From Escherichia phage UP19, in sequence record OX638288: a DNA stretch of 64,000 nt. One strand, written 5' to 3'. Under the pieces are notes generated by a model that made no database searches, was not told the DNA's origin, and saw only the letters and a program-made list of their open reading frames with translations. This document shows, in pieces, positions 18,403 through 27,403 of the stretch (positions are counted from its first letter, which is position 1; each line of letters opens with the position of its first letter). The position numbers and the translations under genes are program-made.

Positions 18403-19356
18403 TTATAACAACCTGGATATTCCATTATTAATAGCACGCCCACCAAACGTATTAACCAATCCGGTCAATCCACTAGAAGCTCCTGAAAGTCTACTTAATT
18501 TAGCTACAGAAGAACTTAATGAGTTACTCTCACTTATGCCTGCTACGCCTTTAAGGACTTTATCTTCCAGCCATTCATAAGCAGCTTGTTTACCAACTGC
18601 ACCCGTCTGTACACTTCTATAAGCAAATGTAACATCAAACGAAGCAATCTGGTTATCGCCATCATAAGATAATTCCGGCGATGAAACACCTACAGGAACA
18701 CATCCATTAAGCATTACTACTGTATGTGGCAATCCATTACGAGAATGAAGGTTGACTTGGATGTCAGCTTCAACATCTTCAGGCAATGCTCTTAATTGTG
18801 TAATAGGGTCTTGGACACTATTGACCCAATCATTAAAAGCACGGTAGTTGGCAGCTTCAGAATCCATGCGGAAGCTTAATACCAATGGAGAATATTCTCT
18901 TCCGGTAATTTTGATATTAGGCGAGTTGTGGTTCAAATCCATTTCATAGTTCAAAGTATTATCCGGAATTTTAACGGCATGGACTAAAAGACCCGCCGTA
19001 GGATAAGCCATATTGAAAAAATCCATCAGATATGTACCTACTTCAAACTCACCTAGTAAGCTCTGCACAACCCTGGATGACATAGCTCCAATCAGATATT
19101 TACTTATACCTGACTTACGAATCAACTTCTGAGTGCCCGCTGTCACTAATGTCGTAACACCTTGGGTTAAATCTCCTTGGGTAATTCCAAACAAATCGGT
19201 ATTCAACGGGATATTGTTAAATAAAGCTCCACCGAACTGGTCGAGGAGCGCTTGGGATTTAGAAGAAGGAACTGTAGCAAATACTACACTAAACAGGTTA
19301 TTCCTTTGTAGGTCAATATTAATTGCCTGGTTTTGAAATTCTTGTAAAGTATACAT
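18403..19356 (-). CDS. 54: baseplate tail-tube initiator (gp54)
   Basis: 317 aa (T4 gp54 is 320 aa); T4 order alt-54-48-29-28-27-51. Confidence 0.85.
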   Translation of the reverse strand: MYTLQEFQNQAINIDLQRNNLFSVVFATVPSSKSQALLDQFGGALFNNIPLNTDLFGITQGDLTQGVTTLVTAGTQKLIRKSGISKYLIGAMSSRVVQSLLGEFEVGTYLMDFFNMAYPTAGLLVHAVKIPDNTLNYEMDLNHNSPNIKITGREYSPLVLSFRMDSEAANYRAFNDWVNSVQDPITQLRALPEDVEADIQVNLHSRNGLPHTVVMLNGCVPVGVSSPELSYDGDNQIASFDVTFAYRSVQTGAVGKQAAYEWLEDKVLKGVAGISESNSLSSSVAKLSRLSGASSGLTGLVNTFGGRAINNGISRLL

Positions 19357-20450
19357 TAGAATCCTTCCGTATAAAGTGAGCCACGGTTCAAAGTAATGAT
19401 TTCACGGAAAGTAACTTCTAAACTAAACGTGGATGGTAAGTTAGGAGCAATAGCCAAACCATTAAAATGTCCATCAGGAGTTTTATCAAATCGTATACTT
19501 TGGATTTGGCACGGTCCAAAAATATCTTCACGTCCGTCATATGAACTTGTATTACCAAAGTTTCGAATATACCAAATAGTTGGGTTACTTACCACAATAA
19601 CATTAGAAAGGAAACTTGTGATACCTTCTCCTAATAGCTTACCATCAAAGTTATCAATAGCTTCTTTTTTAAACGTGGAACGGTACCATGTATCAATCTT
19701 CTCTTTTAATTCGCCGGCGAAGGCAGAGTTGCCTGTTTCACCATAAGAATAGTAATTAAAGATTTCATATATTTTAATAATCTGAATAAGGTCTTGGGCG
19801 TTTCTAGGGGTCATTTCCCAAGTGAATACCTTAGTACGGTTATCTGGCCCTGCATACATACTACGTGCGGTTGTGTATATTTGCTCACCAGAATCGGCCA
19901 TTACACCGTTAGTTACAGATTCCAATGCACCAAATACAGCAGTACTGGCAACGTTACTCAAAATACCCGTAGCAGTACCACCACCTTTAGTGATTAATGA
20001 TTCGCCTACATCATTAAATTTATGCGTAACCGAATCAACATCAGATTTAGAACGTGGGAGCAAAATATTGGCTAAAGCCTGGCTATCAAATTTAACTCCT
20101 TTAGAGTTGTTACTAAACAGGTTTTTAACAGCACTGAACCCACCGGTATTACCGGTAAGTTTACCTGCAGCTTTTGAAAACTTTTTAGTCATTTGGCTCG
20201 AGCGGTCGTTACGTAAATCAGGTGATACGCGAGAGCTAAAATTATATGCCGTAAAAAGTAATCCATTTTTATATAAATCGTTTAACACCATATCTGTAGA
20301 GGTATCATTGCCCGAGGCCCTTTCGGCTGGATACTGGGCAGTTACCGTAGTTTGGGCCGGTTTAGCTTTAGATTGGCCTGCGGAGGTTTTTGAACCTCCT
20401 TTAAATAAGGAGGCTACGTCAATGTCAATTTCTTTTACTTTCATTATCAA
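19356..20450 (-). CDS. 48: baseplate tail-tube cap (gp48)
   Basis: 364 aa (T4 gp48 is 364 aa); gene order. Confidence 0.85.
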   Translation of the reverse strand: MIMKVKEIDIDVASLFKGGSKTSAGQSKAKPAQTTVTAQYPAERASGNDTSTDMVLNDLYKNGLLFTAYNFSSRVSPDLRNDRSSQMTKKFSKAAGKLTGNTGGFSAVKNLFSNNSKGVKFDSQALANILLPRSKSDVDSVTHKFNDVGESLITKGGGTATGILSNVASTAVFGALESVTNGVMADSGEQIYTTARSMYAGPDNRTKVFTWEMTPRNAQDLIQIIKIYEIFNYYSYGETGNSAFAGELKEKIDTWYRSTFKKEAIDNFDGKLLGEGITSFLSNVIVVSNPTIWYIRNFGNTSSYDGREDIFGPCQIQSIRFDKTPDGHFNGLAIAPNLPSTFSLEVTFREIITLNRGSLYTEGF

Positions 20451-20452
20451 TC

Positions 20453-22189
20453 CTAATTAACTTTAGTAGCTTGACGCATACCAGGAGCAGGAGTGGAAGA
20501 CTGAGGCGGCAAATTATAACTAGTCTTACTCGTTTTCTTGATATTCGTTTGCTGATTTATTTGAGTTGGAGCTTGCTGACTATATTTAGCATTTTCCTTT
20601 GCTCTCATTTGCTCGTCAACCTTTTTAACCTGGGTATTTTCAGGAGATTCCGCTACAGAAGCAGGTTTAGGCTTTTCAGCTTCGTTAAATTTCTCTAAAG
20701 ATTTATTCATCTTATCAAGTAATTGCTGGATATTAAGGTCTTTCGGTGCTCCACCTTTAGCCATAATAGGGTCAGCTAATTGTTTCTCGATATCCGCTTT
20801 AAATGCCTTAGCATTTTCGATATCTTTAGAATCGGGCTTCATTATATTATCGGCGGTTTGGGTTAAACGGATAATATCAGCCTGAGCTTTATCACGTTTC
20901 TTAAAATACTCTAAACGTTCTTCTTCAGGGAGGTCACGGAAGCTTGTGTCAATTCCGCCAGCGCGTAATTGGTCGGCTTGTTCTTTAGTAAGGTTACCGT
21001 ATTTCTCTGCCTGGTTTATAAGCTCAGGTTTACCCTTATACTTCTTATTCATTTTCTCGGCTGTTTCTAAAGCCTCAGCTGAACGTCTATCATGGTACTT
21101 GGCTACTTTAGTTTGGTCTTCGTCATCTAAAGTGGCTCCGGTATTTTGTTGATACGACATTAAAGCGGATGCCTCTACGTTTTCAGCCAAATCACCCATA
21201 CCAGGTATTTTACTTAAAATAGCAGAAATCAATTTAGAAATACCGAGCATTAACAGTTGTGCCATATTTTTGGTAAGATTAACCATACCGCGAATAATAG
21301 CTTCTGCCAGACCTAGCCAATTTCTTTCGCTAAACATAGCTTCAGCATTCTTGGCCCAGGTCATTAAGCCTTCAAGTACGGGTCCCCACTCTTTAAACTT
21401 ATCGTTAAATTTTTTCCATCCTTCATTAAATTGGTCCATGAAATATTGGAAGTATACACGAATAGCATCTATACCAAATATTAAAAGGGCTAGGCCTGCA
21501 GCCAGTTTAGCGGCTTCTGCAGCAGCAGTAATAGTATACTTAAAAAGCATACCTGAAATTCTATCAGCCACGCCCACAGAGGCTTTAAATCCTTTTTCGG
21601 TTATTTTTGTAAGGGCTTCGATTTTATCAGAAAGAGAAGACTTGTCACCTTCTTTACCTTCATTTGAATTTTTAGGAGGTTCTGGTACAAATTCAGCGTC
21701 AGGTTTATTATCTTCAGGCGGAAGAATATCTTCAATAACAGCAGGAACTTTAGGAGTTTCAGCCTTAGGTTCTTCAGGAATAGAGTCTTCAATAACCTTT
21801 AACGAGCTCCCTTCCGGCGGAATAGAAATACCAGAGAATTTAGCCTCCAACATATTAGAAAGCTTATTAATCTTTTCGTTTAATGCATCCGAAAGAGCTT
21901 TAGATTGTTGGGTTTGTTCTGATATAGCTTCGGCCGTTAATTCTGTTCCGGCGACAACATCTTGAACACTTTTATCTACTCGGTCTATAGAATTAATAAT
22001 CTGATTAGACTTTGTTTCAACAACTTCAGAGAGCAATTCAGACGCCGCCTGGGTTTCTGATAAAGCTTCTGTTATATTTCCTAATTCGTCGTTCTGGGTT
22101 TGGGCTAGCGCCTCAGCACGACGCTGAGGAGCCATTTCTTCAATCAGTTTATTGCGACGAAAACTATTCTGATTAGATTCATTCTTCAT
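20453..22189 (-). CDS. 29: baseplate hub / tail length tape-measure protein (gp29)
   Basis: 578 aa (T4 gp29 is 590 aa); extended, Ala/Glu/Lys-rich N-terminal half; gene order. Confidence 0.85.
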   Translation of the reverse strand: MKNESNQNSFRRNKLIEEMAPQRRAEALAQTQNDELGNITEALSETQAASELLSEVVETKSNQIINSIDRVDKSVQDVVAGTELTAEAISEQTQQSKALSDALNEKINKLSNMLEAKFSGISIPPEGSSLKVIEDSIPEEPKAETPKVPAVIEDILPPEDNKPDAEFVPEPPKNSNEGKEGDKSSLSDKIEALTKITEKGFKASVGVADRISGMLFKYTITAAAEAAKLAAGLALLIFGIDAIRVYFQYFMDQFNEGWKKFNDKFKEWGPVLEGLMTWAKNAEAMFSERNWLGLAEAIIRGMVNLTKNMAQLLMLGISKLISAILSKIPGMGDLAENVEASALMSYQQNTGATLDDEDQTKVAKYHDRRSAEALETAEKMNKKYKGKPELINQAEKYGNLTKEQADQLRAGGIDTSFRDLPEEERLEYFKKRDKAQADIIRLTQTADNIMKPDSKDIENAKAFKADIEKQLADPIMAKGGAPKDLNIQQLLDKMNKSLEKFNEAEKPKPASVAESPENTQVKKVDEQMRAKENAKYSQQAPTQINQQTNIKKTSKTSYNLPPQSSTPAPGMRQATKVN

Positions 22190-22700
22190 TTAAGATATCC
22201 ATGATTTTAAGCAATCCTTTAATAGGACCATTAGGACCAGGGATAGCTACAGTAGAAGTTATATCGTCGGCCCATGTAGCAACAAAGGCAGGCATATCCA
22301 GAAAATCTGGTACATCGTCCCCAAGGTAAAGGGATTGTAGTACACTATCAACAGGACCAAATGTTTGGAACGGTTCATGTGATTTAAATTTAAATGTTTT
22401 ACCTTGGAATTGGAATTCAAGACGTTGGCAGATATAAAGGTCATTTAGGTTATACGTAAACCCGTCCTTAGTTACCTTTTCTTTCAACCGTCCGTTGAAT
22501 TCTAAAAGATGAAGAGCAGCGAAATCGGTTTCGGCTGCAGTTAAACCCTTATAAATGGAACTCATTAATATATGAAGAGCTTTATAAGGGTCTTTTTCAT
22601 CTTTGACCAATTTTTGGTGTTTAAGACCCAATTTAGGAATGGAAATCTCTTTATCACCCAGCGTTATTTTCTTGATCGGGAGTATCAGTTTTAAGTTCAT
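22179..22700 (-). CDS. 28: baseplate hub distal subunit (gp28)
   Basis: 173 aa from ATG 22700 (T4 gp28 is 177 aa); track start 22742 would give 187 aa; start uncertain. Confidence 0.7.
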   Translation of the reverse strand: MNLKLILPIKKITLGDKEISIPKLGLKHQKLVKDEKDPYKALHILMSSIYKGLTAAETDFAALHLLEFNGRLKEKVTKDGFTYNLNDLYICQRLEFQFQGKTFKFKSHEPFQTFGPVDSVLQSLYLGDDVPDFLDMPAFVATWADDITSTVAIPGPNGPIKGLLKIMDILNEE

Positions 22701-23823
22701 TTTTAACCTTCGGTGGCTCTTCAATCTTAATAGGCTTACCATTAGTAAACATATAAAGGTTTGTAATTGATGTATTGTTACTCACTTCATGAATAACTTC
22801 GTCTACATAAAAATCGTATTGGAATTGGTTTTTAGGGTCATAAAAATTAATCTTATCACCCGGAGTTAATTCAAAGTTCCCGTATACCTTGCAATGAGCG
22901 TACCCATCATACTGGGCCATTGTAACTAATCTATCAGCTTCTTCAAATCCATTTCGGTAGGTATAATCGGAATAACCACCAGAGCGAGAAACCAGTATAC
23001 TGTTTTGCCCATCACCAAAAGTAATTCGTGTGGCGTTTTTATCTAGGAACGAATGGGCGTATACTGTAGCATTTTCGTAAGGTTTTCGGGTATGTTGGTT
23101 AGCTTTAGTTAACCACTCAAAATCAAATGCAATAGGAGTATCCATATCTTGGACATATTGGCCTATTAAACGAGGCTCACCAACCACAAAATTGATAGGC
23201 TCCTGATTAACCATAAATTCGTAGTCCATAATAGAAATACCATCTATATCTTCCCAGACAAATACAAATTTATCGGATTCAACAGCCATACCAACTTCTC
23301 GTACAAATTCCATATATCTGTCCATAGAATCACACCACGGAACATTAGGAACATAAACGTTTATCCCGTTCAATGGAGGTGCAAGGAGTGGTCGGTCCTG
23401 GTAAATAACACCAATCATTTCTGTTAATGTTTCTTGAACACTAGGGAAGAACATACGTCCGAATTTAAGATTTTCTAAAAAGTGGATAGGGGCGAGTTGT
23501 ATTGTTATGATATTGTCGCCCTTAGAATCCACCCCTACTGCAAAGTGCTTACTTCCGTAAATTCTTGATTGGGTACGTTCCGAGTTGGCATTCTTAACAG
23601 AAACTTGGATAATTTGTTCACCATCCATTTTAGTATGAAGGTTTTTTGCATCATAAAACTGGAGCAATCCTTCATTATTACCATAAAGACCATCTCGCAT
23701 TGTTAGGGTAGTAAATGTTGCGCCTAGTTCAACAAAACGATGCTCTAACCAGGCGTCATAATCTTCGTAAAGGCGTATACTAATATTAGGAAAGCCTTCA
23801 CGCTGCATAGTTTTTGAACTCAT
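22654..23823 (-). CDS. 27: baseplate hub subunit (gp27)
   Basis: 389 aa (T4 gp27 is 391 aa); gene order. Confidence 0.85.
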   Translation of the reverse strand: MSSKTMQREGFPNISIRLYEDYDAWLEHRFVELGATFTTLTMRDGLYGNNEGLLQFYDAKNLHTKMDGEQIIQVSVKNANSERTQSRIYGSKHFAVGVDSKGDNIITIQLAPIHFLENLKFGRMFFPSVQETLTEMIGVIYQDRPLLAPPLNGINVYVPNVPWCDSMDRYMEFVREVGMAVESDKFVFVWEDIDGISIMDYEFMVNQEPINFVVGEPRLIGQYVQDMDTPIAFDFEWLTKANQHTRKPYENATVYAHSFLDKNATRITFGDGQNSILVSRSGGYSDYTYRNGFEEADRLVTMAQYDGYAHCKVYGNFELTPGDKINFYDPKNQFQYDFYVDEVIHEVSNNTSITNLYMFTNGKPIKIEEPPKVKNELKTDTPDQENNAG

Positions 23824-24572
23824 TTCTTAAGGTCCTTTTCAACCAAAGACAAAGCAATACCGCGTTCGATTGGAATCATCTGCATAATGCTTTCTAATGA
23901 ATAATTGTTCTTTACCAGTAAATGGTTTATTTGGTAAAATAAAAATATCTCATCCGGATTGACTATAAGTTTAAACACTTCTAAAATGTCAGTGTATGTA
24001 ATTGTTCTACGATTACAGCATCCATATTTGAGCTCGAAATGAATAGGGCTTGTTTGTTTGACTATATCCTCTAAAGTAGATAAGTCTATAGCATCTATTA
24101 CGGCTAACTGGTCTTCTTCAGAAAGGTCTGTCCAGTTATAAACCCCATTTTCATCTTCTACTGACTGGATGGTATTCAAAATCAATTCAGATTTATCATG
24201 ATATTCTATTTCAGGGAATTTGAATGTCAATTTCAAGCCAGCCACTTCAATTGTAGGGTTATCTAACTTGGTCTGCTTCAAATTGAATAAAACTTGTCTA
24301 TCCTTTTCACACTTACTGCAAGTGTATCGGATAGGAATTTTGGTCTTGCCGAGAGATGACGTATACAATTCAATAAACATGTATGGACGCCATGACACAG
24401 GGTACTCACCAAAGTATTCTTCCAGTAACTCATCTAAAATTTGTTTTTGCTCTTCAGGTGATTTATTATTCATATCATTTCGAATCAAAATAAAATCACG
24501 ATAATCAGCTACTGTAAAAGGTTTAAATCGGTGGACTCCATCAGGCATTTCGCAACGTACTATATTAGCCAT
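23820..24572 (-). CDS. 51: baseplate hub assembly catalyst (gp51)
   Basis: 250 aa from ATG 24572 with SD AGAGGA (T4 gp51 is 249 aa); track start 24623 is a non-ATG codon. Confidence 0.8.
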   Translation of the reverse strand: MANIVRCEMPDGVHRFKPFTVADYRDFILIRNDMNNKSPEEQKQILDELLEEYFGEYPVSWRPYMFIELYTSSLGKTKIPIRYTCSKCEKDRQVLFNLKQTKLDNPTIEVAGLKLTFKFPEIEYHDKSELILNTIQSVEDENGVYNWTDLSEEDQLAVIDAIDLSTLEDIVKQTSPIHFELKYGCCNRRTITYTDILEVFKLIVNPDEIFLFYQINHLLVKNNYSLESIMQMIPIERGIALSLVEKDLKK

Positions 24573-24592
24573 AAGGTATCCTCTTATTGATG

Positions 24593-24604
24593 TATTTATA
24601 AATA
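24593..24604. promoter_or_regulatory. palindromic bidirectional late promoter TATTTATAAATA (TATAAATA on both strands) for divergent genes 51 and 26
   Basis: Perfect 12-bp palindrome containing the T4 late-promoter octamer in both orientations; 21 nt from gene 51 ATG and 19 nt from gene 26 ATG. Confidence 0.7.
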
Positions 24605-24622
24605 AGCTTAAAGGAGAAGACA

Positions 24623-25246
24623 ATGAATTATACTTTTGACGTAAAAATTAAAAACAAGACCATAAAATGCAGAGCATTTACCCTCAGAGAGTATAAGGAC
24701 TTGCTCCAAGCTAAATTAGAAGACAGAATAGAGCCCTTTATCAATGAACTCATTTTGAATTGCACAGATGCTCGTGGTTTAAACAAGCAAGAATCTGAGC
24801 TTCTGGTGATAAACCTGTGGGCTCATTCATTAGCTGAAGTGAATATAGAACGTGAGTGGGTTTGTAGTTGCGGTCGCTCACAGGTGGTCCCTATGACGTT
24901 AACTCGCGCTACATTAGGTAAAGAGCCTGATATTATTAAGGACTTCGGCAACTTTAAAATAGTGTTCAGATATCCTAAGCTCTTTGAAGACAAAAATAGG
25001 GCTATGATGGTTGCAGGATGTATCGATTATATTTTAACTTCTGCAGGCGAAAAGCTTCTTCTTTCTGATTTAAGTGATGCGGAACTAGACGACCTTTATT
25101 CTGTGATAACAGAAAAAGATGTAAAAGAAGTTTATGATGCTCTAGTCGCCCCTAAGCCTATTTTGGCCATACCTATTTCTTGTGAATGTGGTGAGCATAC
25201 CGTCCACGTTATTGAGGGACTTAAAGAGTTCTTTAAGGTGATGTAA
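24623..25246 (+). CDS. 26: baseplate hub subunit (gp26)
   Basis: 207 aa (T4 gp26 is 208 aa); divergent from gene 51. Confidence 0.8.
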   Translation: MNYTFDVKIKNKTIKCRAFTLREYKDLLQAKLEDRIEPFINELILNCTDARGLNKQESELLVINLWAHSLAEVNIEREWVCSCGRSQVVPMTLTRATLGKEPDIIKDFGNFKIVFRYPKLFEDKNRAMMVAGCIDYILTSAGEKLLLSDLSDAELDDLYSVITEKDVKEVYDALVAPKPILAIPISCECGEHTVHVIEGLKEFFKVM

Positions 25247-25635
25247 TGAATATCGATAAAATGTATTCAGATTTGGACCCTGAAATGAGGACGTCTTGGA
25301 ATAGAGACGTCGCTAAAGCTACAGGGGCCCGTGCAGTAAAAAATAGTTTGTTAGGCATTATTACTACTCGTAAGGGTTCTCGCCCTTTTATGCCTGAATT
25401 TGGTTGTGATATCAGTAATCAACTATTTGAAAATATTACCCCATTAATCACGGATACCATTAAGCGTAATATAGTTTCCGCCGTGCGGAACTTCGAACCC
25501 AGAATTTCTGCTCTTGCCGTAGGAGTTACCCCTGTTTATGATGACAACTCTATTATAGTAACCGTCCAGTTTAGTATTGTTGATGACCCGGATACATTAG
25601 AGCAAATTAGAATCCAGCTCTCACAGAGTGGTTAA
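25246..25635 (+). CDS. 25: baseplate wedge subunit (gp25)
   Basis: 129 aa (T4 gp25 is 132 aa); ATGA-coupled to gene 26. Confidence 0.85.
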   Translation: MNIDKMYSDLDPEMRTSWNRDVAKATGARAVKNSLLGIITTRKGSRPFMPEFGCDISNQLFENITPLITDTIKRNIVSAVRNFEPRISALAVGVTPVYDDNSIIVTVQFSIVDDPDTLEQIRIQLSQSG

Positions 25636-25637
25636 TT

Positions 25638-25662
25638 GCTGTTCAAATGAATAGTGTATAAT
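25638..25662 (+). promoter_or_regulatory. candidate middle promoter for uvsY (MotA-box-like TGCTGTT 25638-25644, -10 TATAAT 25657-25662)
   Basis: Imperfect MotA box 12 nt upstream of a consensus -10. Confidence 0.4.
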
Positions 25663-25693
25663 GGTCCTATGGTTATTACACAGGAAACATGCG

Positions 25694-26131
25694 ATGAGTA
25701 AAGAGATTGAATATAAATTGGAATCATTCCAAGATGCATTGGATGAAGATTTAAAGATTGATGGGACTCGTTTACAGTATGAAGTACAGAACAACGTTTT
25801 GCTGCACAGCAAATGGCTAAGGCTGTATACGAATTGTAAGAAAGAGATAATGCGATTAGAAATCCAGAAAAAGACCTCTCTTAAGAAGCGTTTAGATTTC
25901 TACACGGGACGTGGAGAGCCTGGTGATGAGGTTTGTATGGACCAATACGAGAAGTCAGAATTAAAGACCGTAATGGCCGCAGATTCTAGCGTGATTAAAA
26001 TAGATACATCAATCCAGTATTGGGCTTTATTACAGGACTTTTGTAGTTCAGCACTGGATGCAGTCAAAGCTAGAGGGTTCTCGTTAAAGAATATGTTGGA
26101 GCTCAGGAAATTTGAAGCAGGTGAAAAATGA
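25694..26131 (+). CDS. uvsY: recombination mediator protein UvsY
   Basis: 145 aa from ATG 25694; ..TRLQYEVQNNVLLHSKWLRLY.. and ..YEKSELKTVMAADSSVIKIDTSIQYW.. matching T4 UvsY. Confidence 0.85.
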   Translation: MSKEIEYKLESFQDALDEDLKIDGTRLQYEVQNNVLLHSKWLRLYTNCKKEIMRLEIQKKTSLKKRLDFYTGRGEPGDEVCMDQYEKSELKTVMAADSSVIKIDTSIQYWALLQDFCSSALDAVKARGFSLKNMLELRKFEAGEK

Positions 26132-26226
26132 GACGTACTAAAAATACCAAACCCATTAAAGTAGATGCCGATAAGATGAAACTTCTCCAAGAATTCATTA
26201 ATGCCGCTTTAGCAAGTAATAAATAG
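26128..26226 (+). CDS. hypothetical 32-aa ORF (uvsY.-1-like position)
   Basis: ATG overlaps uvsY stop (ATGA); below track cutoff. Confidence 0.3.
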   Translation: MRRTKNTKPIKVDADKMKLLQEFINAALASNK

Positions 26227-26254
26227 ATATGTAAGTTAAACTAAGGAGACAATC

Positions 26255-26422
26255 ATGTCAGATAAGATTTGCGTTGTCTGTAAAACTCCAATCGATGCTG
26301 CATTGGTTGTTGAAACAGAAAAAGGTCCGGTTCATCCGGGTTCATGTTATAATTACGTTCAAAGCCTGCCTGTTACGGAAAACACTGAAGAACAGCTGAA
26401 CGAAACCCAATTACTACTTTAG
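26255..26422 (+). CDS. hypothetical 55-aa Cys-containing protein (uvsY.-2-like position)
   Basis: SD AGGAG 7 nt upstream of ATG 26255; CVVC...C motif suggests a zinc ribbon; ends at terminator. Confidence 0.45.
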   Translation: MSDKICVVCKTPIDAALVVETEKGPVHPGSCYNYVQSLPVTENTEEQLNETQLLL

Positions 26423-26452
26423 TCTAGTGTGTATAGCCATTTTATGGTTATT

Positions 26453-26480
26453 GGCCCTTCCGAAAGGTTGGGCCTTTTTT
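26453..26480. terminator. bidirectional terminator hairpin (GGCCC..GGGCC) + T6 between converging uvsY-side and uvsW-side transcripts
   Basis: GC stem-loop followed by TTTTTT on the plus strand and A/T-rich on the minus strand. Confidence 0.65.
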
Positions 26481-26483
26481 GTT

Positions 26484-26711
26484 TTAGAACTCTTCTTGCT
26501 CTTCGTCATCCATAGATTCCAATTCAGCTCGTTTACCTGCTAAGGCATCACGAACACTGATATCGTCCGAATCTCGAAGTTCAGCTTCTTTACTACGAGT
26601 TTTGTAATACTTTTCCAATTCCTTCAAACCGTCCATGGTTTGACAAGAACTAATTTTAGACATGAAGCTCTCGATAGAGGCTTCATAGATAACTTCTTTA
26701 AAGGACTTCAT
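26484..26711 (-). CDS. small helical protein, UvsW.1-like by position
   Basis: 75 aa, acidic C-terminus; sits where UvsW.1 follows uvsW in T4 but separated from uvsW by the HNH gene. Confidence 0.45.
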   Translation of the reverse strand: MKSFKEVIYEASIESFMSKISSCQTMDGLKELEKYYKTRSKEAELRDSDDISVRDALAGKRAELESMDDEEQEEF

Positions 26712-27403
26712 AAATCCACCTGTTTCATTAAATTTCTGATTTTGTGACGAGAAAGACCCGTGGCTTCGGAAGCTTGTTTCATCGAGCCATATTCAACACC
26801 ATTTATAGTAACCTTTTTAGCTGCTGGGTTTTTAGATGGGTCTTTATATCTTTCTTTAGCTTTATCTGAAATTTTCTTAGAAGCTTCTGGCGTATGATTT
26901 TTACCATACATGCCGTTGCCAGCACCGGAATTTCTTTCAGATATAGCTTGACATTGTTCTTGCATGTATTTATAAGGATTCGCTTTTTTAGTTGCGGATA
27001 TTTTATCGCCCCATAAAATAGGCCTACCTTTAAATAAATTGCTCATGTATTCTTTATGGGCTTCAGTGTGGTGCTTACCATAAAATGGATTTCCTTCGCC
27101 AGTCTGAAGAATTGCCAATTGTCTACGTTCCCACCCGTATGATTTACTAAATTGTCTTTTATGGGTCCTGGAACTCATACCCATAGAAATAACAGCTTTT
27201 ATGAGACCGTAGTTATTTGGATAAATTTTAGCCAGTAATTTATGAGCTATAAAATGTTCTTCTGGGGTAAGGCGTACTCTATTTTCCCGAGTATCGGGCC
27301 CGCCCATACAAGTCGGGATTATATGATGGGACTCGGTGTACCCGAGAGGTTTAGAAGCCTTTCGGCTTCTAATTAAATTGTCATAAATCTTTTGATAATT
27401 CAA
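26708..27403 (-). CDS. HNH homing endonuclease with NUMOD3-like DNA-binding repeats
   Basis: 231 aa; HNH core ..ESHHIIPTCMGGPDTRENRVRLTPEEHFIAHKL..; repeated GxxxYGKxHTxEx(K)KIS motifs; ATGA-coupled on both sides. Confidence 0.85.
   Translation of the reverse strand: MNYQKIYDNLIRSRKASKPLGYTESHHIIPTCMGGPDTRENRVRLTPEEHFIAHKLLAKIYPNNYGLIKAVISMGMSSRTHKRQFSKSYGWERRQLAILQTGEGNPFYGKHHTEAHKEYMSNLFKGRPILWGDKISATKKANPYKYMQEQCQAISERNSGAGNGMYGKNHTPEASKKISDKAKERYKDPSKNPAAKKVTINGVEYGSMKQASEATGLSRHKIRNLMKQVDL
26708..27403 (-). mobile_element. free-standing HNH homing endonuclease gene inserted between uvsW and uvsW.1-like ORF
   Basis: Same ORF as above; intergenic insertion typical of T4-type homing endonuclease genes. 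Confidence 0.7.

Noticed and set aside
21270-21965. 231-aa plus-strand ORF antisense to gene 29 (also 19822-20460 antisense to gene 48, 37749-38201 antisense to gene 22, 4648-5199 antisense to pseT)
   Set aside because: All are wholly contained within well-supported genes on the other strand, lack ribosome-binding sites and have low-complexity translations
24573-24623. Track start codon for gene 51 at 24623 (and similar far-upstream first-M starts at 22742 for gene 28, 41777 for gene 19, 47834 for gene 15, 63736 for gene 5.1)
   Set aside because: These starts are non-ATG or lack an SD and would run through promoters or the upstream gene; internal ATG codons with good SD spacing and T4-like protein lengths were used instead
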